Part shown: positions 9,004 through 19,020 of the stretch, in pieces
How the letters are laid out: each line of letters begins with the position of its first letter
How positions within the stretch are numbered: the stretch's first letter is position 1
Origin: a virus
Lineage: Duplodnaviria; Caudoviricetes
Virus record (IMG/VR): IMGVR_UViG_3300037297_000386
Length of the DNA stretch: 64,000 nucleotides
Strand: one strand, 5' to 3'
Notes under the pieces: model-generated
Databases searched by the model: none
Told to the model about the DNA's origin: nothing
The model's input: the letters and a program-made list of their open reading frames with translations, nothing else
Program-made: the position numbers and the translations under genes

Positions 9004-10335
9004 TTACTTATGCTTCTCTCTGAAAGCATTTGTAGCCCAGTCGTTAAACTGTTTAGTCTTGAAAATATTAGGAATATTATTTATATAAAAATCAGGATGT
9101 GTTCTGGCTATCTCGCCAGCCAAACGACGCATCTTGTTAAAAATTCTATCTTTAAATAAATATGTTTCAGGAATATTTTTAATTCTTTCTTTCTCAAATC
9201 TAATCAGATTGTTCCATAAATCAGGCAACATACTGTATATCTCCGGGCCTTGTTTATACAAATCAAACATTAATACTTCATGGGGATGACGTTTGATCGA
9301 TTCTGTAATTGCTTTGCCCATCCATTTCTTTAAATCATGTGGCCGACGTAATCCCCATTCAAAATATTTAATAGGATTATATTCTATTAAATTGTTCATA
9401 GCAATCTCTGTAGCACGTGGATCGCGCCCATCTCTTACTCTTTTATCCTTCCATATATCATTGCCACGCAGATATGTTTTAGGATAATGTTTCGCCAACC
9501 AAACGAGAGACCCACGCCCGTCAGCAGTTTCTCTCGTGCTTATTGACCTTTGTTTCGATTCTGCTTTTTTAAATCTTTCTGCATATGGAGAATCCTTTAT
9601 AGTATCATAAAACTCGGGGATTTCTTCGGATATCTTCTTCAATAATGACCTCATACGATAATGTAGAATGCCAGGAAATATATTACTTTTATCAGTTTCA
9701 GGTGTTTTCTTCAATTCATTGTCTATAGATTTTTCCCATAATTTTGGCAAAAGCTCTTTCATTCCTGGTCTATGGAAAAAAGCAAAAATATGTAATATAA
9801 GTGCTGTCTCTGGATCAGTATTAATCAAATTTTCAGCCGCTCTTTTCATCCATACAGGGTCATCTCCAGGTTTCCTTCTATACATTTCCCATTCAAAATA
9901 TTTTTCAGGCTCTTCTTCTACTATTTTATTAATAAGCTCTTTGGTCAATTTGGTATTAGTTGGATCTGATGCATAGCCTAAAAATGGATCGTGTCCTTTT
10001 AAATAAGCATATGGATAATTCTTGGCCACCCATTCAGGACTGCCAGCATTAGGATCTAACCAGGGTTGTTCGACATGTTCTACTCCAAAATCACTCTTTA
10101 ATTCCTCAACATTTTGATAAGATTCAGGAGCAATCATTTGTGGAATAGGTTGTTCTATTGGAATTGGTATAGCTGGAGCACCCCCTATATCCGGTTTTTC
10201 TTCTTCTAGACCCTCTAATTGTTCAGTTCTAGGATACGGCTTTAGTTGTTCAGTGACAGGTAAAGGTGGAGGGCTAATAATATCTAATATATTAGCCGCG
10301 AATTCAAACATTATTTCATCTCTAGTTTTGAGCAT
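9004..10335 (-). CDS. Hypothetical protein with a ~150-aa internal duplication (helical repeat)
   Basis: WVAKNYPYAYLKG..EPEKYFEWEMYRR vs WLAKHYPKTYLRG..NPIKYFEWGLRR. Confidence 0.65.
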   Translation of the reverse strand: MLKTRDEIMFEFAANILDIISPPPLPVTEQLKPYPRTEQLEGLEEEKPDIGGAPAIPIPIEQPIPQMIAPESYQNVEELKSDFGVEHVEQPWLDPNAGSPEWVAKNYPYAYLKGHDPFLGYASDPTNTKLTKELINKIVEEEPEKYFEWEMYRRKPGDDPVWMKRAAENLINTDPETALILHIFAFFHRPGMKELLPKLWEKSIDNELKKTPETDKSNIFPGILHYRMRSLLKKISEEIPEFYDTIKDSPYAERFKKAESKQRSISTRETADGRGSLVWLAKHYPKTYLRGNDIWKDKRVRDGRDPRATEIAMNNLIEYNPIKYFEWGLRRPHDLKKWMGKAITESIKRHPHEVLMFDLYKQGPEIYSMLPDLWNNLIRFEKERIKNIPETYLFKDRIFNKMRRLAGEIARTHPDFYINNIPNIFKTKQFNDWATNAFREKHK

Positions 10336-10492
10336 CTGTGTTTGTTCCGATCAAATAGTCAAATATACTTTTATGAATATCCCAATTAAACTCAAAAAAT
10401 CCAACTATTTCTTCTTCAGTAAGACCTAACTTTTTTAACTCGCTAATTTCATTTTGAAATTCCAAGCATGCCAACAGGTTTTTTATACTCAT
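10322..10492 (-). CDS. Small hypothetical protein (56 aa), not in ORF track
   Basis: MSIKNLLACLEFQNEISELKKLGLTEEEIVGFFEFNWDIHKSIFDYLIGTNTDAQN; AGGA upstream; fills intergenic gap. Confidence 0.5.
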   Translation of the reverse strand: MSIKNLLACLEFQNEISELKKLGLTEEEIVGFFEFNWDIHKSIFDYLIGTNTDAQN

Positions 10493-10516
10493 AATTATAA
10501 TCCTGTAGGTAAGGAG

Positions 10517-10551
10517 ATAGGGAAGAACGCGACATAAGCATTCTTCCCTAT
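10517..10551 (-). terminator. Stem-loop downstream of the protease/scaffold gene
   Basis: 11-bp perfect stem ATAGGGAAGAA/TTCTTCCCTAT; no U tract, so possibly a processing or stability hairpin. Confidence 0.4.
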
Positions 10552-10585
10552 ATGAATTCTGCTACATAAGGTTAATAGATATCAA

Positions 10586-13500
10586 TTACTTCCAACCTAG
10601 TCCGTTCAATTGCGTAACTAAATTTGGTTCTACCACTGGATCTGCACTTGCAGTAACTTCCATAGCTTTTGTAGCTGCATCGGCGCCAACTACTGGTAAT
10701 TTACCAGACTTTTTGTTAGATTTCATACTAGCCACAATGCGCTTAGTCGACTCAAAAGCCGCATTGTCAAACTTCATAATTTCATCGACATATGTATCTA
10801 GGGCAACTCGACTTGGTTCTATCATACCTTTTTCTTGAGCCATAAGACCAAGATCATAAGCCCGACGTAGCTTTACTTTATACGTTTTGTCTTCAGCTTC
10901 TTTTTTCTTGCCAGCAAAATCTTTACTTAGATCAGCACCAAAACTTCCCGTGTCTGGACCTTGGCTCCAATATTTCTTCCAGTATGATGCTGCCGCCGAA
11001 TCTACTTTGCCTTCTGCTACTAGTTTATCTAAATCTTCTACTTTGAGTGCTCCCTTGACAAACTGCTCCTGTAATTTCATCGCTGCTTCACGCACATTGC
11101 GTGGGCCAGATTCAGCAACATCACGCATGGCATCATGAATTTCAGATATTGTCTCGACTTTTGCTTCATCAGTCTTAGTGTGGGTTAATTCAGTCATAGT
11201 GCCTTTTCCACCGGGATGAGCTTCAAAATAAGTTTTCTCTGTCGCATTTTCTGCTTTACCAAGATCAAGCTCATACTTTCCAAGTATCTTATCAGTTGCT
11301 TGTACAACTAACTCTTCACGAGCTCTTTTGCGTGCTTCCTTAAGAGAGGCTTCACTCTCAACAACCTCGTCATCAGCATAACTAGAAGAATCATTAATAA
11401 GATCCTCTAAACTATCATCAGTATCTACTTCGGTGACAACACAGTCATCGGCCGGCACACCACAGTCATGCGCTTGACCAGGAACTAATTTGGATCCACA
11501 CTGCTCACAAAACTGTCCATTACCCATAGCTTTTGCTAGCAAGGCTGCGCGATTTTCGGATCTAATTTTTAATGCATCTTCTAAAAGTTTTTGGGCTTCT
11601 TTTTTATCTTCCTTGTCGTTTTCATCTTTCTCTTCTTTCTTATCCTTATCGTCTTTATCCTTATCGTCTTTCTTATCTTTGTCTTTACCTTTCTCTTTTT
11701 GGAATTTCTCTAGACCAGGAGGAAGTTTACCAGCTTCTTTCTTCTCATATTTTTCATCCTCATTTTTAGCCTTCTCTTCTTTTTTATCTTTCTTGTCGTT
11801 TTCATCTTTCTCTTCTTTCTTATCTTTATTTTTCTTAGCCTCAAGAACCATAGAAGTTTCTTTAAGAATAGTTTGTGAGTCTTCCCATGCTTGTTCAGCT
11901 GCCTTAAGCAATCTTTCATTCACTTCACCATCCAGCGCTTCACTAATAAGGGCTAGTTCATCAGCTGACTCGTTCAGAAGAGATTCTACTTTTAGAACTT
12001 CTTCGCGAGAAGCCAATGCACCTTCCATTGGTGCCATCTCTGGCGTCTTTTCAGCAGCTTCACCCTTGGAGTCCTCATCGATATTAACATCAATATCAAC
12101 TAATTCTTCTTCCATACCTGAAGCTAGATCACGAATTTCAGCAATTTTTTCTTCCATAGCATTTAATGCTGAATCAATTTTACCTTGCGTCTCTTCTTTT
12201 GGCTGTTTAACTTCAACTGGCTTTTCGGAATCTTTAGGAGCTGTTTCTCCACCTTCTGAAGGAATAGGTTCTCCTAATTGATCTCCTATTGGAGCCATTT
12301 CACCACCTGCTCCACCTGCTCCACCTGCTAATGGATCTGTCATAGGAGGTTGGGCTCCCTTCAATAAATAAGCAACGCGATCGAATCCTTCAGAACGAAT
12401 ATACTTTATAACATCTCCGCCATATTCTCTGGAACTCAGGTAATCCCAATTCTCATCTATATCATCACCAAAAATTTCGGAGCCGGTAGCCGTCAAAATA
12501 AGCTTGCCACCAGCATAAATATCCCATCTAGAGGCACTTTTACATAGCTGTCCATCATGATCAGCAACTTTTGTAAATTTTGCGCTAAGCTTGGCACGAA
12601 GTAACTTTTTCTTAAGTTCCATATCGCCAGGAACAGTGCCATCTTTTCCGCCCATATCATACAATCCCTGAAGATGTTTGTCTTCATTATTGCGAACTTT
12701 CTCTGCCATTGGGTCTTTTTCATACTTTGGTTTTCCAGGAGTAGGCTCATTAACACCACCACCGCCTAACCAATAAGCTCGACGTTTCATTGCCCTTTCT
12801 TCTAATTTAGCTTTACTCAAGTTTAGTCCATTACGACCAGCGTCACGTAATTTTTCCTCATCGCCAGGGTGCAAACCTTCTGATCCTGTTTCTAATGGCT
12901 GACCTGTCATTTGTTTGTCTTCTTTATTTCGAATGCTTTCTGCATCCTCTTTTTCATACTTTGGTTTTCCAGGAGTAGGCTCATTAACGCCACCACCGCC
13001 TAACCAATAAGCTCTTCGTGCCTTTGCACGAGCACGCAATCTCGCAGAATTCATGTTGTTCTCCTCCTTAGAGACTTTTTTAAGTTCGTTTAATGATTTT
13101 TGCATACTTTCCACCTTGGATCGAAGGAGACGTAATTCTTCTAAATAAGCACCCTGCTTGTCTCCTTCTTTACTTGCATATCTTTCTGTTGGTATCCCAG
13201 ACAATGGTGTAGAAGTTGGCAGTCCTTCTACACCCTCTTCTGACATGGGGCTCCAACTTGGACCACCAGGAGTAGGTCTCATAGGTGGTATAGTCTCATC
13301 TTCTATTTTTTCAATCGATTTATCTTTACTGATCAATTTTGTAATTTCTGCTAATATTTCTGCTGCTGCTTTTTCAGCACCCGCCTCTTTCAGCTCTCTA
13401 TAAGTAGCTGTAAGTTGAGCAAGAGTTCTGGCTTTATCCTCGTCCATTTCAGCAGCTTTTTCTAAATTTTCACTTTGCATCAAACTACTAATTTTTATTC

Positions 13501-14383
13501 GTATCTCATTAACAGTATCAGCTAGACTTTGTAATTCAGTTGGGTTTACACATCTTTGGTGCGTAAGTTCATCTATTCTATCTTGCTTATTTTGCACATA
13601 AGTATTTAGACTAGCTATAATATTCCTTATTTTAGCCCTGCCATCAGCCCCATTAACAACTAAACTAAGTTCAATCGGTGACAGATCTAAATTAATTTCA
13701 CCATAATTCTTCCTAGCAAGAATACACGGACAATATTCTTTCTCTGTGACGGCCACATTCCCGCACTCAGTACACACAGACCGCCCAACTGCTGTTCCCA
13801 TAGAAACACAATTTGCGTATCCAGTCTCAACTTTGCGCGCCAAATCCGCATAATTCTTTTTATCTAATGCAAACAACGCATGAACACGCTTAAATTTTGG
13901 ATCATAATATGTATCAATAATTATCCCGCGGATTCCATCAACGCTATCCGAACGATGATCCTTGCAAAGTGGTTTTCCAATCCACAGTTTATATGCTTTG
14001 ATAAGTTCAGCTTCACTAAATATATCTCCATTGGCATTTTTATATGGCATTATATTATCTGTCGAAACCCATCTAACCGAATTTTTGCCACTTTTGTTTT
14101 TAAACTCTTCAAAAAACCCAGACACAGGCTTGCCGTTTTTATTCATATTCGGTTCGCCAGTCTCTTGATTTACCAAAGAAGCTTCAGCTGCATGCATAAT
14201 AACCGCATGTCCGTATAAAAAATCTTTAGCTTTTGGAGCAACTCTTCGTAATTTTTTGGCTAATTTAACAAATCTTTTTAATACCAATTCATCCTTAAGG
14301 GCCTGTTTTGGCGACAAAATATTTTTTTCGGAACTGAATGTTAAATTTTCACCAAATTTTTCAAGCATTTTAAAACTCCTCAA
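10586..14383 (-). CDS. Putative prohead (capsid maturation) protease fused to long acidic scaffold-like region
   Basis: NANGDIF..L..AY..WIGKPLCKDH, VSMG, CTECG..C.C, ELSLV..GAD pattern typical of phage prohead-protease-like proteins; long charged coiled-coil C-terminus; likely start 14368 (MLEK, after GGAG). Confidence 0.65.
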   Translation of the reverse strand: MRSFKMLEKFGENLTFSSEKNILSPKQALKDELVLKRFVKLAKKLRRVAPKAKDFLYGHAVIMHAAEASLVNQETGEPNMNKNGKPVSGFFEEFKNKSGKNSVRWVSTDNIMPYKNANGDIFSEAELIKAYKLWIGKPLCKDHRSDSVDGIRGIIIDTYYDPKFKRVHALFALDKKNYADLARKVETGYANCVSMGTAVGRSVCTECGNVAVTEKEYCPCILARKNYGEINLDLSPIELSLVVNGADGRAKIRNIIASLNTYVQNKQDRIDELTHQRCVNPTELQSLADTVNEIRIKISSLMQSENLEKAAEMDEDKARTLAQLTATYRELKEAGAEKAAAEILAEITKLISKDKSIEKIEDETIPPMRPTPGGPSWSPMSEEGVEGLPTSTPLSGIPTERYASKEGDKQGAYLEELRLLRSKVESMQKSLNELKKVSKEENNMNSARLRARAKARRAYWLGGGGVNEPTPGKPKYEKEDAESIRNKEDKQMTGQPLETGSEGLHPGDEEKLRDAGRNGLNLSKAKLEERAMKRRAYWLGGGGVNEPTPGKPKYEKDPMAEKVRNNEDKHLQGLYDMGGKDGTVPGDMELKKKLLRAKLSAKFTKVADHDGQLCKSASRWDIYAGGKLILTATGSEIFGDDIDENWDYLSSREYGGDVIKYIRSEGFDRVAYLLKGAQPPMTDPLAGGAGGAGGEMAPIGDQLGEPIPSEGGETAPKDSEKPVEVKQPKEETQGKIDSALNAMEEKIAEIRDLASGMEEELVDIDVNIDEDSKGEAAEKTPEMAPMEGALASREEVLKVESLLNESADELALISEALDGEVNERLLKAAEQAWEDSQTILKETSMVLEAKKNKDKKEEKDENDKKDKKEEKAKNEDEKYEKKEAGKLPPGLEKFQKEKGKDKDKKDDKDKDDKDKKEEKDENDKEDKKEAQKLLEDALKIRSENRAALLAKAMGNGQFCEQCGSKLVPGQAHDCGVPADDCVVTEVDTDDSLEDLINDSSSYADDEVVESEASLKEARKRAREELVVQATDKILGKYELDLGKAENATEKTYFEAHPGGKGTMTELTHTKTDEAKVETISEIHDAMRDVAESGPRNVREAAMKLQEQFVKGALKVEDLDKLVAEGKVDSAAASYWKKYWSQGPDTGSFGADLSKDFAGKKKEAEDKTYKVKLRRAYDLGLMAQEKGMIEPSRVALDTYVDEIMKFDNAAFESTKRIVASMKSNKKSGKLPVVGADAATKAMEVTASADPVVEPNLVTQLNGLGWK
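12715..13014. repeat. 66-nt direct repeat (2 copies, 1 mismatch, 234 nt apart) encoding the RAYWLGGGGVNEPTPGKPKYEK repeat
   Basis: Copies at 12715-12780 and 12949-13014. Confidence 0.9.
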
Positions 14384-15528
14384 TCCTCTTCGTCTTCTTC
14401 AATACCTTCTAAAAATTTTTCTAATTCTTCTTCCATTTCATCAGACATTTCTACTTCTTCTGTGGAATCACATTCATCATTACTATCTTCTGCATCTATT
14501 GCTTTTTCATCGTCAGAATTAGCATCAAAAAAATCTAAAGTATTTTGACCTTCATCATGTTTAACGGCATCGACAATATTGTTAAACATTTCCTCTAAAT
14601 CTTTTTTAGATGGTTTCTTGCCGTGCATTAATTCAAAAAATCTCTTTTTGGCTGACTCTAAACCTTCTTGGGTTTTCTCCATGTCTTTAACTATCTTGTC
14701 TAATCCTAAATCTTTCGCCGAATCAGAAAAATCGAAATACCGTAGACGTCTAAAAAGTTCATTAAGACTTTTAATGGATTTTGAATTATTTTGATCGGCG
14801 TCATGTACAAAAATAATTAAATTCTTTTTAACCTTATCGTCTAATTTTTTAAGTGGGGCTTTTGGGCGGGCCGAAAATGATTTTAAAGCACGATCAACTT
14901 CAGAGGCAAGATCAAATTTTCTTTCTTGATCGAATTCATCAGCCATTTTTACCAACACAGATCTAATTTTATTCTCCACTACACTTGCCATTTTTCTCTC
15001 AGTTGATTTCATATCTTCCTGTGTAAACAACGGCTTCCTGTTTTCAACGACTTCGTGAGTTCCAGATAATGCTTCATCCAGATCTTTTTCTCTGCCAACA
15101 TGTTTTGGGTCAAATTCGAACTCTTCTTCTGATAATGTTGGTAAATCTGCTCCCTCTTCAAACCAACCACCTTCTTCTAATTTTCTAATCGTCTCTTTTG
15201 CAGCTTCTGGGACCATATATGTTTGTAATTCTGGAGTATCGCTAATATCACCAAGATTTAAGCCATCAGTCCATTTATCATGAATTTTTGGAATAGCTCG
15301 TACCATATTACCGCGCCCATCTGGGTCTGGCTCTAGAACTAAATCGAAACTGATGGCTTTTCCAAGGGACATAATAACTTCTGGCTTCAATCTAATGAGT
15401 TCAACCAGATCAATGTTCCCACCAGCTTCTTGTGCTAAAGATAAAATAAATTTATCCACTCTATTTGCCATTTTAAGTAAACCAGATTGATTAAGGCGAT
15501 CGGACAATTTGATCAATTTTACAAACAT
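14380..15528 (-). CDS. Hypothetical acidic head-region protein with two helical LxDxLD modules
   Basis: LIKLSDRLNQSGLLKMANRVDKFI and LVKMADEFDQERKFDLASEVDRAL. Confidence 0.6.
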   Translation of the reverse strand: MFVKLIKLSDRLNQSGLLKMANRVDKFILSLAQEAGGNIDLVELIRLKPEVIMSLGKAISFDLVLEPDPDGRGNMVRAIPKIHDKWTDGLNLGDISDTPELQTYMVPEAAKETIRKLEEGGWFEEGADLPTLSEEEFEFDPKHVGREKDLDEALSGTHEVVENRKPLFTQEDMKSTERKMASVVENKIRSVLVKMADEFDQERKFDLASEVDRALKSFSARPKAPLKKLDDKVKKNLIIFVHDADQNNSKSIKSLNELFRRLRYFDFSDSAKDLGLDKIVKDMEKTQEGLESAKKRFFELMHGKKPSKKDLEEMFNNIVDAVKHDEGQNTLDFFDANSDDEKAIDAEDSNDECDSTEEVEMSDEMEEELEKFLEGIEEDEED

Positions 15529-15695
15529 TATTTATCATCCTCGTCGTTACTATGATCGCATACAAGTTTATTATGATCTGAGCCAACTGACACTATAACA
15601 AGTTTTTTACCACATTTGTCACAAAATATTTCAGACCCATCTTCGTCAATATACGACAAAACAGGCATATCATCTCCAGTTTTTATTATAGCCAT
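15528..15695 (-). CDS. Small Cys-containing protein (55 aa), not in ORF track
   Basis: MAIIKTGDDMPVLSYIDEDGSEIFCDKCGKKLVIVSVGSDHNKLVCDHSNDEDDK; TAATG-coupled to both neighbours. Confidence 0.6.
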   Translation of the reverse strand: MAIIKTGDDMPVLSYIDEDGSEIFCDKCGKKLVIVSVGSDHNKLVCDHSNDEDDK

Positions 15696-16288
15696 TACCC
15701 ATTCCTCATAAAATATTTTATTATTCTTTTTCTACGCTGTATGTTAAAGTGTAAATTACTTATTTTCATTCGCCCTAATATATCATGGTCAATATGATTA
15801 AATAACTGATTGTCTATCACATCAATGATAGATTTTTGTCTTTTCTCAATTTGAGCCGTAATTTGTTCAATTGTTTTACTAAAACCCTCACGATCTGTTT
15901 CTTTTAATAAATCCATTACGGCTTCAGCACCATCAGAAAGTTCTCCAATTTCTGCAATAATAATTTCGCGGAGTCTAACCATATCCGGATCACTTATTTT
16001 AGACAATTTTTCCAATGAATTTTTAACATTAGATAAGAATTCATTAAATATATTACGTATTTTGCGTCTATACCTTAATAAACGACCACGATATTTATGT
16101 TTTAGATCTTCCTTGGATGGCCGTTCTTCGGCCATTGCATCGCGTAAATCTGTAATTGATCTTACAGATTTGTCAAGTTTTTGTAATATATTTCTGAAAT
16201 CCTCTTTTACTTGTTTGGCAACAGCGCGTTCATTATCTGTAACCATCAAAGTCATTCTTGGTCCAGCTAATGCATTTGATCGTATCAT
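15695..16288 (-). CDS. Hypothetical helical protein
   Basis: 197-aa ORF with GAGG RBS, downstream of putative late promoter. Confidence 0.6.
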   Translation of the reverse strand: MIRSNALAGPRMTLMVTDNERAVAKQVKEDFRNILQKLDKSVRSITDLRDAMAEERPSKEDLKHKYRGRLLRYRRKIRNIFNEFLSNVKNSLEKLSKISDPDMVRLREIIIAEIGELSDGAEAVMDLLKETDREGFSKTIEQITAQIEKRQKSIIDVIDNQLFNHIDHDILGRMKISNLHFNIQRRKRIIKYFMRNG

Positions 16289-16356
16289 CTGTTGCCCTCA
16301 TAACATCTCTCAAAAAAACTATTTAAAATATAACAATCCCTACGTTATAGTTTAGA

Positions 16357-16373
16357 AATATTAATAGATTTTT
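16357..16373 (-). promoter_or_regulatory. Putative phage late-promoter motif (AAAAATCTATTAATATT)
   Basis: Intergenic; near-identical to 934-950. Confidence 0.5.
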
Positions 16374-16380
16374 ACCAACG

Positions 16381-16411
16381 TTTGAATATTATAATAATCA
16401 TAATATTCAAA
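16381..16411. promoter_or_regulatory. AT-rich inverted repeat next to putative promoter
   Basis: TTTGAATATTAT-7 nt-ATAATATTCAAA perfect 12-bp arms. Confidence 0.35.
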
Positions 16412-16446
16412 ATATTAAGCATATTTATACAAAATTTATTAAAATC

Positions 16447-17202
16447 TTATTGTTTGCCATACGGAGGCTCTAAATTATTATAAGATGTATAAAAATAACT
16501 ATCAGAGAGTCCATTAAATCCAGAATGCTGGCTGAAATCTGTAGGAACACGGCCATTAGCGCCAACTAATACTTCAGTTCCACCATTTTCTTTTTTGTGC
16601 TTTCTCTTGGTTTTTTGTTTACGTTTTCTCTTCTGTCTACGCTCTAAATTTTTAATAGTTTCAAGCATTTCATCATCTATCATAGTCTTTAAAACGTTAT
16701 CTAACTCGCTAGCTTCACTATATAAGCCCATGTTATCTAATAGATCTGCTAGTTCAGCAATTTTTTCGGCTTCTGGGATATTAAAAACTCCTTGCATACC
16801 TCCAGCTGGTTCTCCAGTCATCATATACTCGCCAGACCCAGGATAATTCATTTGTACATCTGGAACATTATTTATTATTGAATCATTTAAATCATCTTCA
16901 AAATTACCATCTATAGCTGACATGGCATCAAATACCAATTGTGAAGCGTCTATGAAACCCGCTTCTTCCAAAAATCCAGCAATATCAGATAGTTTTGATA
17001 ATGCCTTGGTTTCTTTGTCATCAGTAGACCCATCATCAGCGCGATGTTTAAAAGTTTGTACTTCTTTTTCACGTTGTTTAGCACCAGCCAAAGAATCATA
17101 TGTTCCTAAATTACGTCGATGGCCACTTTCGTCTTTTTTACGACTATATAAACGATATTTACCACTAGGCAATTTTCTTATGATAGCTATTTTAATAAGC
17201 AT
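16447..17202 (-). CDS. Hypothetical protein with helical LADLLD modules and basic tract
   Basis: IAELADLLDNMGLYSEASELDNVL; KRKRKQKTKRKHKK. Confidence 0.6.
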   Translation of the reverse strand: MLIKIAIIRKLPSGKYRLYSRKKDESGHRRNLGTYDSLAGAKQREKEVQTFKHRADDGSTDDKETKALSKLSDIAGFLEEAGFIDASQLVFDAMSAIDGNFEDDLNDSIINNVPDVQMNYPGSGEYMMTGEPAGGMQGVFNIPEAEKIAELADLLDNMGLYSEASELDNVLKTMIDDEMLETIKNLERRQKRKRKQKTKRKHKKENGGTEVLVGANGRVPTDFSQHSGFNGLSDSYFYTSYNNLEPPYGKQ

Positions 17203-17234
17203 TTATTTACATCTCCTAGTTTAATAAAAACATA

Positions 17235-17726
17235 TTATTGTTGACGTAATTCATTTTTCAATATTTTTTGCATCCATGGAAACATTTTCCTTGCACGTTC
17301 TGTAGCAGGCCCATATAAAGCATCTTCTTTCAAGCGAGGCCCAAAACCACCTCTCACCCTCAAGCCCATATTTTTTAATTGATCCCAAATCTCGTTATAT
17401 TGTTTTTGAAATGCTAAAATATTTGGATCTCTTATTACATCAGGACGTATAACCTGTGGCTTTCCACGTTCTATTAACTTTTGTGGTTCCGGTTTCATAT
17501 TCTTCATTTGTTCGGCGCGATCCCGAAATTCAGCATAATAAGGCTCTGGAACATCCCCAAGACGATCAGTGATATATACATTTCCTTTTTCATCCTTCCA
17601 CTTAAAAATTGGTTGTTCAGCAATGCTTTTTATTACAGAATCTATTTCAGACGCTTCTATATAAAGACCTTTATCGTCCAATTTGTTAGCGAAACTTATA
17701 AGTTCTTCTAAAATTGATACACACAT
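17235..17726 (-). CDS. Hypothetical protein: helical module + DUF4124-like + peptidoglycan-binding-like motifs
   Basis: LISFANKLDDKGLYIEASEIDSVI; FKWKDEKGNVYITD; FQKQYN..EDALYGPATERA. Confidence 0.55.
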   Translation of the reverse strand: MCVSILEELISFANKLDDKGLYIEASEIDSVIKSIAEQPIFKWKDEKGNVYITDRLGDVPEPYYAEFRDRAEQMKNMKPEPQKLIERGKPQVIRPDVIRDPNILAFQKQYNEIWDQLKNMGLRVRGGFGPRLKEDALYGPATERARKMFPWMQKILKNELRQQ

Positions 17727-17735
17727 AACCTTCTC

Positions 17736-18110
17736 CTATTCCGCGCCCCATCCAGGCTGTAATCTTTGTTTTTTTATTTCTTCTCGTACTGGTTTAAATG
17801 ATGGCTGCACAACAATAATATCATATCGAACATTAGCAGTACCTCTCCCTCTCACTGCAGCTATCATAAAATGACCCATAGATTCTCTAACTTCAGCAAT
17901 CTCTCCGGATCTCAATTTAAATCTATATACAGGTGTAGCTTTTGCAAACTCAGTTGCAATTTCCTCATTAAGCTGCGCGTTTGGCATATGAGCAAATTCT
18001 GGATTAGCTCGTCTAAAATATTTACGTGCCGTGACACTGACACCAATATTTGCCGAAGACATTTCTATAGAAGTAGCAACTATTTTGTGTCGCAAAGATA
18101 TTGGTTTCAT
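17736..18110 (-). CDS. Hypothetical protein
   Basis: 124-aa ORF, ATGA-type overlap with upstream gene. Confidence 0.55.
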   Translation of the reverse strand: MKPISLRHKIVATSIEMSSANIGVSVTARKYFRRANPEFAHMPNAQLNEEIATEFAKATPVYRFKLRSGEIAEVRESMGHFMIAAVRGRGTANVRYDIIVVQPSFKPVREEIKKQRLQPGWGAE

Positions 18111-19003
18111 ATTTTTTTAATAATTTTATCGAGTTCATTAGCTTCATTATAAAATCTTTTTTGATCTAATTGATTAGCAATTTTTGTAAGAATATTAATT
18201 ACAAATGTTTGGCTCTTCTTTTCCCTCAACCAATCATACCAGTATTGTTCCTCATTTGTAACACTGGATGGTGGATCCATATACATTTCTTGTTCTGATG
18301 GAGGAATTGTTACGCCCTTTTCTTTTTGTTCTAACCAATCATTAACATCTTTGTCTGGCCAGTTTAGTTTATCATATGTACCGGCTGGAACTGGCCCATG
18401 GCGTTCATCCCATTCTTCACCACCTACTTCTCTATAAGTCTTCTCTATTTCATGTGGATCAGTAGGTACTTCTAATTTTTCATCTGGCATAACACTAAAC
18501 CTACCTATATTTTCTAATTCTTTCATCTTGCGTTCGTCTTCCAAATACTCATATATTTCTTTTTTATGCCTGTTTATAATTTCTGGGAGAGATTTCCCTA
18601 CATTATTTTCAAGAGTCCCTCTTCCTTTAAAAGTTTCATAGGCTATCTCGCCAGTCCATTCATCAGGATCATAATAATCAACAATAATTTTACCCATTGG
18701 ATCGTTTCTAAGAGCTTCGTCTAATAGTTCTTCTGCTTTTTCGGTCATCTCAACATCTACTAAATTTGATTTTTCTTCAATAGCCCATTCTTCTAAGTCT
18801 GTGTCAGAATATTCATTTATAATTCTATTTAAAAATGAGATCCTTCTTTGCCAATCATCATTGTCTAGATTATTATAATCCTCTCGTACTCTTTCCGCTA
18901 ATCCAGGCGAAACTTTGTATTCTTCTTCCTCAAACATAGAGTCGTCTTTATTTGTATCAACTGCTATTTTAACAAATTTATATGTATCCACTGGTATAGG
19001 CAT
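18107..19003 (-). CDS. Hypothetical acidic protein with C-terminal helical module
   Basis: Ends LTKIANQLDQKRFYNEANELDKIIKKI. Confidence 0.6.
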   Translation of the reverse strand: MPIPVDTYKFVKIAVDTNKDDSMFEEEEYKVSPGLAERVREDYNNLDNDDWQRRISFLNRIINEYSDTDLEEWAIEEKSNLVDVEMTEKAEELLDEALRNDPMGKIIVDYYDPDEWTGEIAYETFKGRGTLENNVGKSLPEIINRHKKEIYEYLEDERKMKELENIGRFSVMPDEKLEVPTDPHEIEKTYREVGGEEWDERHGPVPAGTYDKLNWPDKDVNDWLEQKEKGVTIPPSEQEMYMDPPSSVTNEEQYWYDWLREKKSQTFVINILTKIANQLDQKRFYNEANELDKIIKKI

Positions 19004-19020
19004 TTTAAAATCCTTGTGAA

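Noticed and set aside
7381-11830. K/D/E-rich repeats (DENDK, KDKKEE) as a DNA-level repeat system
   Set aside because: They are low-complexity coding tracts with variable units and no spacer structure.
175-14383. Assigning a major capsid protein in this window
   Set aside because: No ORF shows size and motifs convincing for an HK97-fold MCP; it probably lies beyond the left edge.
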